Shown: in pieces, positions 1 to 8,532 of the stretch
Layout: each line of letters starts with the position of its first letter
Position numbering within the stretch: the first letter of the stretch is position 1
Origin: a virus
Lineage: Duplodnaviria > Caudoviricetes
Length of the DNA: 38,410 nt
Direction: 5' to 3' (one strand)
IMG/VR virus record: IMGVR_UViG_3300031965_001178
Coordinates: 1-38,410 of that record
The notes under the pieces: generated by a model
What the model saw: only the letters and a program-made list of their open reading frames with translations
What the model was told of the DNA's origin: nothing
The model's database searches: none
Program-made: the position numbers and the translations under genes

Positions 1-77
1 TGAAATGCCCGGTCGCTATGGTGTCGATGCCGGCGGGCAATGCTGGCGGAGCGGGCCGCAAAATGGCGCATCCCCGG

Positions 78-245
78 TGTTGGCAGACACATGAAATTGG
101 ATTCGGCGGGAACAGGCGGGAAGAGGCGATAACAGGCGGTTGGGCGGCGGGTTTCTGCGGATCGTGTGGCAAGGTGCGGCGGCGGGACGGTGACATCGTC
201 GGCCACTTGAATCTGGAGTCGGGGCGTCGGCGGACAGGTGAACCG
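78..245 (+). repeat. Left end (attL) with putative transposase-binding sites
   Basis: TGT start at 78. CGGCCACTTGA at 200-210 is identical to part of the right-end repeat (reverse complement). Weaker copies are GGCAGACACATGA (82-94), GGCGGGACGGTGA (181-193) and GGCGGACAGGTGA (229-241). Confidence 0.65.
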
Positions 246-504
246 CGAGTCGGGCCGTTTGCGGGGGTGGAGCTTCGAAGGCCCTTCGAAAACACGCGGA
301 AGGCCGTTCGAATAAGGGCTTACACAAGACGTCGGGACGCGGTCGCACAAGACCATCGGGTCCGAACGTCGCCTGGCAATTCGGAACCGGGTTCCAAAAG
401 CGAGCCGGGACGGGACGAGCGGGCAAAAGTCGGCAGAAACCAGCCGATTTTAGACGAGTGACAGGCGCGGGTCGACGCGCGGCAATTTGGAACTTTTGAT
501 CGGG

Positions 505-723
505 CTACGGAGCCTGACACTCCTGAAGGCGAAACCGCAGGACCGCCTCCTCGTCGGCGCGATAGGGATCGGGCCCGCGGGCTTCGATCTCGGAAAGCCG
601 GGCGGCGAACGTGTGGCATTCGTCGTCCGACCCGGTCGTGTCACGAGAGAGGACCGAGATCACGGCCAGACAAAGACCGGCCGCGATGACCGCAGCTCCG
701 ACCGCGATGGCCCGGCGGGTCAT
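505..723 (-). CDS. Small single-TM or secreted protein (72 aa) immediately downstream of the repressor
   Basis: The ATG lies 2 nt after the repressor stop. MTRR is followed by the hydrophobic AIAVGAAVIAAGLCLAVISVL and then a polar domain with two Cys. Confidence 0.6.
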   Translation of the reverse strand: MTRRAIAVGAAVIAAGLCLAVISVLSRDTTGSDDECHTFAARLSEIEARGPDPYRADEEAVLRFRLQECQAP

Positions 724-725
724 GG

Positions 726-1388
726 TCACCAACGCGATCTCGACGAAACGCGGCGAAGGCCGACGCTCGGAATGATGACGCGGACAGGGCTCGCCCAAAC
801 GACCATGATACCCTCGACCGTCGGTCCGTTCAGCCCCACAAGATCATAAGTGCGCGGCCGGGCGCCTCTCCTGAGGCGCTTCAAATAGCGGTGGCCGTCC
901 TCGGTCCTCACCACCGCCTCGTCGCCGACGAGGGCGTCGGTGTCGGTCGGCTGATCGCGCTCGACGACCACGATGTCGCCATCGTTGTACCGCGGCTGCA
1001 TCGACTCGCCGCGCACCCGGAAACCGATCGGGTCCTCGACGATGCCGATCGGCGCCGGAAGCTCGATCTGCTCCAGCCCACCCTCGGGCACCTGCTCAAA
1101 GTCGGGCTCCACATCGCCGCCGGCGCCGACGTAGCCCATGATCGGGACAACGCTGCCGTCTTCTCCCGGCGTCGTGGCGGCATCGGACTCGTCGCCATAA
1201 AGCAGCCAGATCCAGCTCACCTTGAAGGCACGCGCGTAGCGCCTGGCCGTCTCCTCGTCGAAGCGGTTTTGACCGTTCTCGTGCGCCAGATAGGTGGACA
1301 CCGGCCAGCCACGGGCCCTGGCCGCCGCGCTCGCGGTCTCGAAATACCGGACCCGCGCCTCCCTGAGGCGGTCCGCGGCCGTCTTCAT
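726..1388 (-). CDS. CI-like phage repressor: XRE HTH plus S24 autopeptidase
   Basis: N-terminal HTH (RLREAR...STYLAHENG), VGAG cleavage-site-like motif, catalytic-like GESMQP (Ser) and YLKRL (Lys). It is divergent from the Cro-like gene. Start taken at MKTAA (1388). Confidence 0.9.
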   Translation of the reverse strand: MKTAADRLREARVRYFETASAAARARGWPVSTYLAHENGQNRFDEETARRYARAFKVSWIWLLYGDESDAATTPGEDGSVVPIMGYVGAGGDVEPDFEQVPEGGLEQIELPAPIGIVEDPIGFRVRGESMQPRYNDGDIVVVERDQPTDTDALVGDEAVVRTEDGHRYLKRLRRGARPRTYDLVGLNGPTVEGIMVVWASPVRVIIPSVGLRRVSSRSRW

Positions 1389-1402
1389 GGACGCATCCGT
1401 CG

Positions 1403-1411
1403 TTATCCACA
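1403..1411 (+). promoter_or_regulatory. Perfect DnaA box TTATCCACA in the repressor leader
   Basis: Exact match to the canonical DnaA R-box, 15-23 nt upstream of the repressor ATG. Function is inferred. Confidence 0.5.
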
Positions 1412-1421
1412 ACGCGAGCAA

Positions 1422-1477
1422 TTAAACGCAGCGTGTAACACGTGTCATGTTGACCATGCTTACACGCTGCGTGTAAT
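1422..1477. promoter_or_regulatory. Two 17-bp palindromic operators and a probable rightward early promoter
   Basis: TTAAACGCAGCGTGTAA (1422-1438) and TTACACGCTGCGTGTAA (1460-1476). TTGACC (1450-1455) is 16 nt from TGTAAT (1472-1477). Confidence 0.8.
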
Positions 1478-1489
1478 GTCTCAGTCGCC

Positions 1490-1750
1490 ATGCTGACCGT
1501 CAAGGCCATCGTCGATCTGTTCGGAGGGACCAGCGCGTTCGCGGTCGTCCTCGGAGTGACGCCCCAGGCGGTCGCCAACATGATCGCCCGCAATTCCATC
1601 GCCCCCCGCCACTGGCCAACGATCATCGCCGGCGCCGGCAGCCGAGGAGTCGCGGACGTGACCTGGGACGCGATGTCGAAGCTGTCGCCGAACGCGCGAC
1701 AGACCCAACCGGTTCGGGAAACCAAAATAGCAGCAGGACGTGAGAGATGA
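1490..1750 (+). CDS. Cro-like HTH regulator
   Basis: IVDLFGGTSAFAVVLGVTPQAVANM HTH pattern; first gene divergent from the repressor. Confidence 0.8.
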   Translation: MLTVKAIVDLFGGTSAFAVVLGVTPQAVANMIARNSIAPRHWPTIIAGAGSRGVADVTWDAMSKLSPNARQTQPVRETKIAAGRER

Positions 1751-2190
1751 GGGCTGCGGGAAGACACCACGATCGCAACGCTCACCGGTTCGCCACTTCC
1801 CTTCTGCTGACCATCCGGTTCAGCGAAAGGGAAGTGGCCGCGATCTCGGTTTTCGCGAGGAAGCGCGGGCTCACGTTGGAGCAGGCCGCCCGCCGGATGT
1901 GCGCGATCACGATGATGTCCGGCGAGGACGCGCTGGGCGGGGCGAACATCCGCAAGGGGATCGTCGGCCTCACTCAGCGGCAGGCGTACCTCCTCCGGTT
2001 CATCGCCGAATATCAGAGTCGCAACGGGTGCTCGCCGAGCCTGCAGGACATGAGTGCAGCGTTCGGCTGGGACTCCAGATCGACGGCCTTCCACATCGTC
2101 GAGCTCCTCGAGCGCTCCGGGTTCCTGACGCGGCAGAGCAACCGACCCCGGTCCATCCAGCTGACTGACAAAGCCCGGGCAATGCTGTGA
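1747..2190 (+). CDS. Protein with a LexA-type winged-helix DNA-binding domain (no peptidase) and a possible N-terminal ribbon-helix-helix
   Basis: LTQRQAYLLRFIAEYQSRNGCSPSLQDMSAAFGWDSRSTAFHIVELLERSGFLTRQSNRPRSIQL closely follows the LexA N-domain pattern. ATGA overlap with the upstream gene. Confidence 0.8.
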   Translation: MRAAGRHHDRNAHRFATSLLLTIRFSEREVAAISVFARKRGLTLEQAARRMCAITMMSGEDALGGANIRKGIVGLTQRQAYLLRFIAEYQSRNGCSPSLQDMSAAFGWDSRSTAFHIVELLERSGFLTRQSNRPRSIQLTDKARAML

Positions 2191-2624
2191 TGACCGGCGC
2201 GCCGCGGCCATACGATCCATTGGACGAAATCGCCACCGCGTGGCGCGCGGTCGCGGACCTGCGAGGCGAGGTCGATCGCCTCCACCGGTGCATCGACGAG
2301 ATGGCGTCATTCCTCTGTGACGACGGCTGGATACCACCCGACTGGCACCTGGCGCGGACGCAGATCGTCATCCTCAACGTCCTGGTCCATCGCCAGACGG
2401 CGTCGCGCGGCGACGTGGGCGGCGCGCTGGCCGCTATCGGCAAGAGGTCGCTGAAAAGCAAGACCGTGAGCAGGCACGTCTCGATCCTGCGCCGCGAGCT
2501 CGAGCCTCGCGGCATCGTCATCGAGCCATTGCCGGATATCGGCTGGAGGCTGTCCGCGGCGTCGCGGGTGCGAATTGCGCGCCTCGTCGGCGAGCTGGCG
2601 CAAATGGCGAGCCCGGCGGCATGA
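2187..2624 (+). CDS. OmpR/CtrA-type winged-helix protein without a receiver domain
   Basis: Short N-terminal coiled coil, then KTVSRHVSILRRELEPRGIVIEPLPDIGWRL, which resembles the Trans_reg_C recognition helix and wing. Confidence 0.6.
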   Translation: MMTGAPRPYDPLDEIATAWRAVADLRGEVDRLHRCIDEMASFLCDDGWIPPDWHLARTQIVILNVLVHRQTASRGDVGGALAAIGKRSLKSKTVSRHVSILRRELEPRGIVIEPLPDIGWRLSAASRVRIARLVGELAQMASPAA

Positions 2625-3430
2625 GGGGCCCCGACATCCGCTTCATCGATCTGGCGCTGATCGACGTTGCGGCCAACAGGCTTCGCCCCGTCGACGAGGC
2701 GTGGGCCGAGGCGATCGCGGCGTCGATGGACGCCTCCGGCCAGCGAGAAGTGATCACGGTCCGTCCATCCCCGGCAATGGAGGGCCGCTATCTGCTGATT
2801 GTCGGCGGCCACCGGCTGCGCGCCGCCGAGATCAGAGGGGCCGTCGATATTCTGGCGGCGGTCGAGGACGTCGACGATCTCCAAGCACGGCTGGTGGAGA
2901 TCGACGAGAACCTGATCCGCCAGGAACTCTCCGCGCTCGACCGAGCGATCCATCTTGCCGAACGCAAGCGCGTCTTCGATGAGATGCATCCCGAGGCGCG
3001 CCATGGCGGCGACCGCAGGAGCGACAAGGCACGTTCCCGGGATCAAGTGGCCAAGTTGGCCACTCGATTTACGGCGGAGGCGGCGGCCAGGACCGGCCTA
3101 TCCGAGCGTGCGATCCGGCGCGCGGTCGCGCTGGTCAGGGATCTCGATGCCGACGCGCTCGCGGCGATCCGCAAGACGCATGTCGCCGACAAGGAGGCGC
3201 AGCTGCGCGCGCTCTCGAAGCTTGCACCGGAGCGCCAGCGCGAGGCCGCCGCGGCGATCAGGGATGGCCGCGTCCGGTCGGTCAGCGCGGCGCGCGGCGC
3301 GGCGGGCAAGGTCAGTGCCGAGGATCAGGCGTTCGAAATCCTGATGAAGGCCTGGAACCGGGCCGGCGCGAAAGCGCGACGGCGGTTCATGGCGGCAGCC
3401 GGCCTCCAGGCGACAGGAGCCGCATCGTGA
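2621..3430 (+). CDS. ParB N-terminal domain protein with HTH
   Basis: YLLIVGGHRLRAA, EIDENLIRQELS and HGGDRRS motifs; the position before the transposase is usual in such phages. Confidence 0.85.
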   Translation: MRGPDIRFIDLALIDVAANRLRPVDEAWAEAIAASMDASGQREVITVRPSPAMEGRYLLIVGGHRLRAAEIRGAVDILAAVEDVDDLQARLVEIDENLIRQELSALDRAIHLAERKRVFDEMHPEARHGGDRRSDKARSRDQVAKLATRFTAEAAARTGLSERAIRRAVALVRDLDADALAAIRKTHVADKEAQLRALSKLAPERQREAAAAIRDGRVRSVSAARGAAGKVSAEDQAFEILMKAWNRAGAKARRRFMAAAGLQATGAAS

Positions 3431-5373
3431 GCCGATGGGTGTCAGCGGCGGAGCTGCTGGCGCTCGGTTGTCCGGCGCTGCCGTCGAGCGAGCGGGGTCT
3501 CGGCAAGTTGATCGAGCGGTGCGGCTGGCGAAGAGATCCCTCCCGCGCCCGGCTCATGCCGGGACAGGGACGCGGCGGCGGCAGGTGGGAGTATCACCTG
3601 TCGCTGCTGCCGCCCGAAACTCAGTCCAGACTGCTCGCATGCGATGCCGCCGGCTTATCGGCTGATGGCGAAGCGACCGCGAGACGGACGGAACTGTGGT
3701 CACGATTCGAGAGCCTGCCGGAAAAGAGCAAGGCGCGGGCTCGGGCGCGCCTCCAGGTGATGGAACGGATCGCCGAGCTGAGGGCCGGCGGCATGGAGGC
3801 AAGCACCGCCGTCGGTCTCGCCGCCGGCCGGGGGAAAGTCTCGACCTCAACTTTGTGGAACTGGCTGCGCCTCGTCGACGGTGTCGCGCGCGCCGACTGG
3901 CTGCCGGCCCTGGCGCCGCGTGACTCCGGTCGCACGGCAACGGCGGATTGCGATCCGCGCGCGTGGGAATTGATCAAGGCGGATTACCTGCGACCGGAGC
4001 AGCCGTCATTCGCCGCCTGTTATCGACGGCTCGTGGAAGCCGCCGAGGCGCAAGGCTGGTCGCCGGTCCCGGCCGAAAAAACGCTGCGGCGCCGGCTCGA
4101 AAAGGAAATCCCGGCAGGTGCTCAGGCACTCGCGCGCGGCGGGCGCGAGGCGGCGGCCAGGGCCTACCCTCACCAGACACGCGACCGGTCGGTGTTCTGC
4201 GCGATGCAGGCGGTCAACGCGGACGGTCACCGCTTCGACGTTTTCACGCAGTGGCCGGATGGAACGGTCTCGCGGCCGGTGATGGTGGCGATCCAGGACC
4301 TGCTCTCGGGCATGATCGTGGGGCACCGGATCGACCGCACCGAGAACTGGTCGGCCGTGCGCTCCTGCTTCGCCGACATGATCGAGAGCTTCGGCATCCC
4401 GGAGCATGCGTGGCTCGACAACGGCCGGGCGTTCGCGGCGAAATGGCTCACCGGAGGGATGGCGAACCGCTACCGTTTCAAGGTGCGCGACGACGAGCCC
4501 GCGGGGCTGCTCACCCAGCTCGGCGTCACGGTCCACTGGACGACGCCCTATCACGGCCAGGCCAAGCCGATCGAGCGGGCATTCCTGGATCTCTGCGAGG
4601 AGATCGCGAAGCATCCGGTCTGCGCCGGCGCCTATACCGGCAATCGGCCCGACGCCAAGCCGGAGAACTACGGGTCGACCGCAGTCCCGATCGATGTGTT
4701 CGGCGATCTCGTGGCACGCGAGATCGTGCGGCACAATCTGCGGCCGGGGCGGCGTTCCGCCATCGCCAGGGGGCGCTCGTTCGCCGAGATCTACCGCGCC
4801 TCGATCAACTCCGGCGCCATGGTCACGCAAGCGACGGCGGCGCAGCGGCGCATGTTCCTGATGGCGGCCGAGGGCATCACCGCGCGCAAGCCGACGGGCG
4901 AGGTTCACCTCGCGGGCAACCGCTACTGGGCCGAGCCGCTGGTGGGGCATATGGGTCGGCGGCTCGTCGTCCGGTTCGATCCCCATGACCTTCTTGCCCC
5001 GGTCGCCGTCTATACGCCGGACGGGCGGTTCGTCGCCGAGGCGCCGTGCGTCGAGGCGTCGGGCTTCGACGATCTGGAGGCCGCTCGCGATCACGCCAAG
5101 CGCCGCCGCGACTGGCTGCGGCTGCAGCGCGAGTGCCTCGCGGTCGAGCGGCAGATGAAGATCGAGGATGTGGCGCGGATGCTGCCAACCTGGCCGGACG
5201 ACGGCCCGGTTCCGGCGCGGCCCAAAGTCGTGCGGCTGGCCGCGGAGGCTGGCGTGCAATCTGCCGGGGTCAGCGACGAACGCGCCGCAGCGAGTTTCGG
5301 CCGCGCCGTGAGGGCGCTCGCCGAGCCGGACGGCCAGATCGTGCCGTTCGAAAAAAAGGGCACCGGCGGATAG
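3427..5373 (+). CDS. MuA-like DDE transposase
   Basis: N-terminal Mu-type HTH (WVSAAEL...GGRWEYHLSLLP), acidic triad in NADGH / WLDNGRAF / KPIERAF, and a Mu-transposase-like C-terminus (VVRFDPHDL). Confidence 0.95.
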   Translation: MSRWVSAAELLALGCPALPSSERGLGKLIERCGWRRDPSRARLMPGQGRGGGRWEYHLSLLPPETQSRLLACDAAGLSADGEATARRTELWSRFESLPEKSKARARARLQVMERIAELRAGGMEASTAVGLAAGRGKVSTSTLWNWLRLVDGVARADWLPALAPRDSGRTATADCDPRAWELIKADYLRPEQPSFAACYRRLVEAAEAQGWSPVPAEKTLRRRLEKEIPAGAQALARGGREAAARAYPHQTRDRSVFCAMQAVNADGHRFDVFTQWPDGTVSRPVMVAIQDLLSGMIVGHRIDRTENWSAVRSCFADMIESFGIPEHAWLDNGRAFAAKWLTGGMANRYRFKVRDDEPAGLLTQLGVTVHWTTPYHGQAKPIERAFLDLCEEIAKHPVCAGAYTGNRPDAKPENYGSTAVPIDVFGDLVAREIVRHNLRPGRRSAIARGRSFAEIYRASINSGAMVTQATAAQRRMFLMAAEGITARKPTGEVHLAGNRYWAEPLVGHMGRRLVVRFDPHDLLAPVAVYTPDGRFVAEAPCVEASGFDDLEAARDHAKRRRDWLRLQRECLAVERQMKIEDVARMLPTWPDDGPVPARPKVVRLAAEAGVQSAGVSDERAAASFGRAVRALAEPDGQIVPFEKKGTGG

Positions 5374-5408
5374 CCGGCGCCCGGAGTCTCTAGCGGAAGG
5401 ATATTCCC

Positions 5409-6410
5409 ATGGACGACATCAGCGAGCAAGGCGCTTTCAAGGCCCCTCAACAGGAGCCCGATCTGGCGCCGCAGGAGCTGGATCGATGGCGCCGGCTGAC
5501 CGGTCGGATCGCCGAAATCTCACGGCGCTACGGATGGTCGAAAAGCGAGTGCGCGCGGCGCGCCGACATCGCGATCGGGACGCTGTCGCAGTATTACGAC
5601 GGTGTCTACAACGGCCGGTACGACAACGTCTCGGCGCGGGTCGAGCGCTGGCTCGAGAGCGTCGAGGAACTCACCGAAGCGGCGGCGCGCATCCCACAGG
5701 CGCCAGGCTTCATCGACACGCCGACCTCGCGCGAACTCACCGAGACACTGCTCTACGCGCAGATGATGCCGGAGATGGTGGTGGTCACCCTCGGCGCCGG
5801 CATGGGAAAAACCATGACCGCGACCGAGTACTGCCGGGTCCGCCCACACGCCTATATGGTGACGATGCGGCCGACGACCTCGACGGTGCACGGGATGCTC
5901 CTCGAGCTCGCGCAGGCGCTCGACATCACCGAACGCAACCCCGCCAAGCTCGATCGCGCGATCGGCGACAAGCTGAAACGGAACGGCCGCAACACGCTCC
6001 TGATCGTCGACGAGGCACAGCATCTCGGCGACAACGCGGTCAACCAGCTGCGCTACTTCCTCGACTGCTACGAAGTCGGGATCGGGCTGCTCGGCAACGA
6101 GGAACTCTACGGACGGTTCGGCGGCTCGAAGGCGACGCCGGCCTACGCGCAAATCCATCGCCGGATCGGCAAGCGAATGAAGCGCCTCCAGCCGTTCGGC
6201 GGCGATGTCGAGGCGCTGATCGACGCCTGGGCGATCAGCGACGAGCAGACCCGCAAGCTGGCCCGCGCGATCGGCCGCAAGCCCGGCGCCCTCAGCCAGA
6301 TCACGAAGACCCTGCAGCTCGCCGGCATGTACGCCGCCGGCGAAGGCCGCGACCTCACGGCGGAGGATGTGAAGGCGGCATGGGGCAACCGCGGCGGGGA
6401 GGAGGCGTGA
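5409..6410 (+). CDS. MuB-like AAA+ ATPase (transposition protein B)
   Basis: N-terminal HTH, Walker A GAGMGKT, Walker B LIVDEAQ; directly follows the transposase. Confidence 0.93.
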   Translation: MDDISEQGAFKAPQQEPDLAPQELDRWRRLTGRIAEISRRYGWSKSECARRADIAIGTLSQYYDGVYNGRYDNVSARVERWLESVEELTEAAARIPQAPGFIDTPTSRELTETLLYAQMMPEMVVVTLGAGMGKTMTATEYCRVRPHAYMVTMRPTTSTVHGMLLELAQALDITERNPAKLDRAIGDKLKRNGRNTLLIVDEAQHLGDNAVNQLRYFLDCYEVGIGLLGNEELYGRFGGSKATPAYAQIHRRIGKRMKRLQPFGGDVEALIDAWAISDEQTRKLARAIGRKPGALSQITKTLQLAGMYAAGEGRDLTAEDVKAAWGNRGGEEA

Positions 6411-6670
6411 TGGCCGGCCCCGCGAGAGACCCGGTGAGCGAGCGTCTCGCCGCGATGGCGGCCCGGCTGCACGAATATCGCCACAGGGGCATCGAGCTCG
6501 CGCCGCTAGCGGTCGAAAGCATCTGCGCGGCGCTGGACTACGCGGCCGCCGATGCCCTGGCACTGGAGGCGGCGGCTGATCGGCCGCCGCCAGCCAGGGA
6601 TGGCGGGGCGAACGTGGTGAGACTGTTCCCGGTCGCTGGGCGGGGAGACGCGCGAAGGCCTCAGTCATGA
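6410..6670 (+). CDS. Hypothetical phage protein (86 aa)
   Basis: TGATG coupling to MuB with GGAGG upstream; sequence MAGPARDP...NVVRLFP. Confidence 0.65.
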   Translation: MAGPARDPVSERLAAMAARLHEYRHRGIELAPLAVESICAALDYAAADALALEAAADRPPPARDGGANVVRLFPVAGRGDARRPQS

Positions 6671-7317
6671 TGCCGGCCGAACGCGCGTCCCGCACGACGG
6701 CGCTTCGCATCATTGACGCGACGGCGACCTATTACGGCATCTCGGCCAACGACATCCTGGCGGACCGGCGCAATCAAGGGGCGATCCGGCCGCGTCATGT
6801 GGCGATGTGGCTGGCATGCCGCGCGAGCCGGCAGTCAACGGTGGTGCTCGGCAGGGTGTTCCGCCGCGATCACACCACGATCATTTATGCCCGCGACAAT
6901 ATAGATCGGGCGCTCAGAACGGACCCGGGTCTGCGGCAGGAGATCGGCCAAATTCACGCCACGCTCGGTCTCACCGTGGTGGCGCGCGGGCTCTCCGGCT
7001 TCATCGACGAGTTCGCCTCGGCAGCCGCCGCGTTCATCGACACGACCCACGCCGCGATGCTGGAGGCCGACGCGAAACAGATCGGCATCGCGGCAGAGCG
7101 TGATGGCAGTTCCGAACTGACCGAGGCCATCGGCCAAGTGGTGATCGCGGCGCGCGACGTTGTCACCGCAGCTCACGCCATTCGGGATGCATTCGGGTGC
7201 GACCGCACGCTCAGGGGCGCGCGCCTCGAGCAGGACAGATCTCTCGCAGCTCTCGAGCGAGCGCTCGGCGACTTCGAAATGGTCCGAGGTGAAGAACAGG
7301 AAAGGACAACGGCATGA
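6667..7317 (+). CDS. DnaA domain IV (Bac_DnaA_C)-like DNA-binding protein
   Basis: YYGISANDILADRRNQGAIRPRHVAMWLA...GRVFRRDHTTIIYA matches the DnaA C-terminal signature (RPRQxAM, RDHTTV). There is no AAA+ domain. Confidence 0.85.
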   Translation: MMPAERASRTTALRIIDATATYYGISANDILADRRNQGAIRPRHVAMWLACRASRQSTVVLGRVFRRDHTTIIYARDNIDRALRTDPGLRQEIGQIHATLGLTVVARGLSGFIDEFASAAAAFIDTTHAAMLEADAKQIGIAAERDGSSELTEAIGQVVIAARDVVTAAHAIRDAFGCDRTLRGARLEQDRSLAALERALGDFEMVRGEEQERTTA

Positions 7318-8033
7318 CACGGATTGTGGACGACGACGCGGCAGCCAGGGCGCTGCTCGACGATTATCGGCAACGACACCGCGAGGACGAGGCGACCGGC
7401 CGCGCCATCGACGACGCGGTCATCACGATCGAGGGCAAGCCCTACATGCGCGATACCCGCGGCGCCCTGGTGCCGGTCGAGCTCGTCAAGCCGGCCGACA
7501 AGCTGATGGACCAGACGGTGCGCGGGATCTGCGCCTATGCCGAGGAGCTCTCGGCCCAGATCGGCCGGTTCCGGGCGCACACATTCGATGATGTCGGGGC
7601 CTTACAGCAAATCCTCGCCGACGACTTTGGCGCGAGAGCCGGGGGGCGAAGGGGCAACATCACCCTCACCTCGTTCGACGGCACGCTGAAGGTCCAGGTC
7701 CAGGTCCAGGACCAGGTCACCTACGGGCCGGAGCTCCAGGTCGCCAAGGAACTCGTCGACGAGTGCATCGAGGGCTGGGCAGCCGATGCACGGCCGGAGA
7801 TACGGGCGCTGGTCGAGCACGCCTTCCAGGTTGACCAGCACGGCCGGATCAACCGCGGCGCGCTCTACCAGGTGAGGCGGGTCGACATTCCCGACGAGCG
7901 CTGGCAGCGGGCCATGGCCGCGCTCACCGACTCGATGCGGGTGATAGGCACTTCGACCTATGTGCGCTTCTACCGGCGCGAGACGCCGCGGGATCGCTGG
8001 CGGGCGATCACCATCGATCTGGCGGCCGCGTGA
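7314..8033 (+). CDS. DUF3164 family Mu-like phage early protein
   Basis: YMRDTRGALVPVELVKPADKLMD, GNITLTSFDG, GPELQVAKELVDEC and YVRFYRR motifs. Confidence 0.85.
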   Translation: MTRIVDDDAAARALLDDYRQRHREDEATGRAIDDAVITIEGKPYMRDTRGALVPVELVKPADKLMDQTVRGICAYAEELSAQIGRFRAHTFDDVGALQQILADDFGARAGGRRGNITLTSFDGTLKVQVQVQDQVTYGPELQVAKELVDECIEGWAADARPEIRALVEHAFQVDQHGRINRGALYQVRRVDIPDERWQRAMAALTDSMRVIGTSTYVRFYRRETPRDRWRAITIDLAAA

Positions 8034-8281
8034 TGGGCGCCTCCAACCCCATCTGCTATGGCGACGACGGCGAGTATGCGGTCGAGCTGTTCGACCGGGT
8101 CGATGTCTCGATCGACGGCAAGGTGTTCGATGGGGTGGTGACAGCCGTCCATCCCCGGCTCGGGGCGGTGACGGTCCGTTACCAGGACCACCAGGACATC
8201 GCCCGCACGACCGGAAATCCGAGAACAAAACGGGCACGCCTCACCATCGGCGACGTGGAGCTCGTCGCGAGGGACGGATGA
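8030..8281 (+). CDS. Hypothetical small beta-rich (SH3/Tudor-like) protein
   Basis: Coupled ORF in the early operon with phage-like codon usage. Confidence 0.6.
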   Translation: MMGASNPICYGDDGEYAVELFDRVDVSIDGKVFDGVVTAVHPRLGAVTVRYQDHQDIARTTGNPRTKRARLTIGDVELVARDG

Positions 8282-8532
8282 GCGCAACGCAAGAGCAGCT
8301 GGTCTCCGCGCTGACAGCAGTGATCGAGGCCTACGACGAATGCAATTCCGCCGGAAACTCCTGGGTGATTTTCGCCGACCCGGTGAGCGAGGCGATCAAC
8401 CAGGCCCGCCCGCTGGTCACAGCAGACGTGGAACCGAAGCCGCCGACGATTTGCCCATGGTGCAAGTGGCCGCCGGCGATGTTCGCGAGGCGCGACTGGA
8501 TGGCGCCGCGGGACCCGGAGGGCGGGCCATGA
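8278..8532 (+). CDS. Hypothetical protein (84 aa, CPWC motif)
   Basis: ATGA overlaps at both ends; starts MSATQEQL. Confidence 0.55.
   Translation: MSATQEQLVSALTAVIEAYDECNSAGNSWVIFADPVSEAINQARPLVTADVEPKPPTICPWCKWPPAMFARRDWMAPRDPEGGP

Noticed and set aside
273-291. Alphaproteobacterial LexA box (GTTC-N7-GTTC)
   Set aside because: Only the degenerate CTTC-N7-CTTC is present, and it is not positioned at an evident promoter.
1422-1438. CtrA box
   Set aside because: It has only one TTAA half-site and does not fit TTAA-N7-TTAA; it is better explained as a repressor operator.
1434-1449. parS-like sequence TGTAACACGTGTCATG near the operators
   Set aside because: Only about 10/16 match to the parS consensus, and it overlaps operator 1; more likely part of the operator or promoter region.
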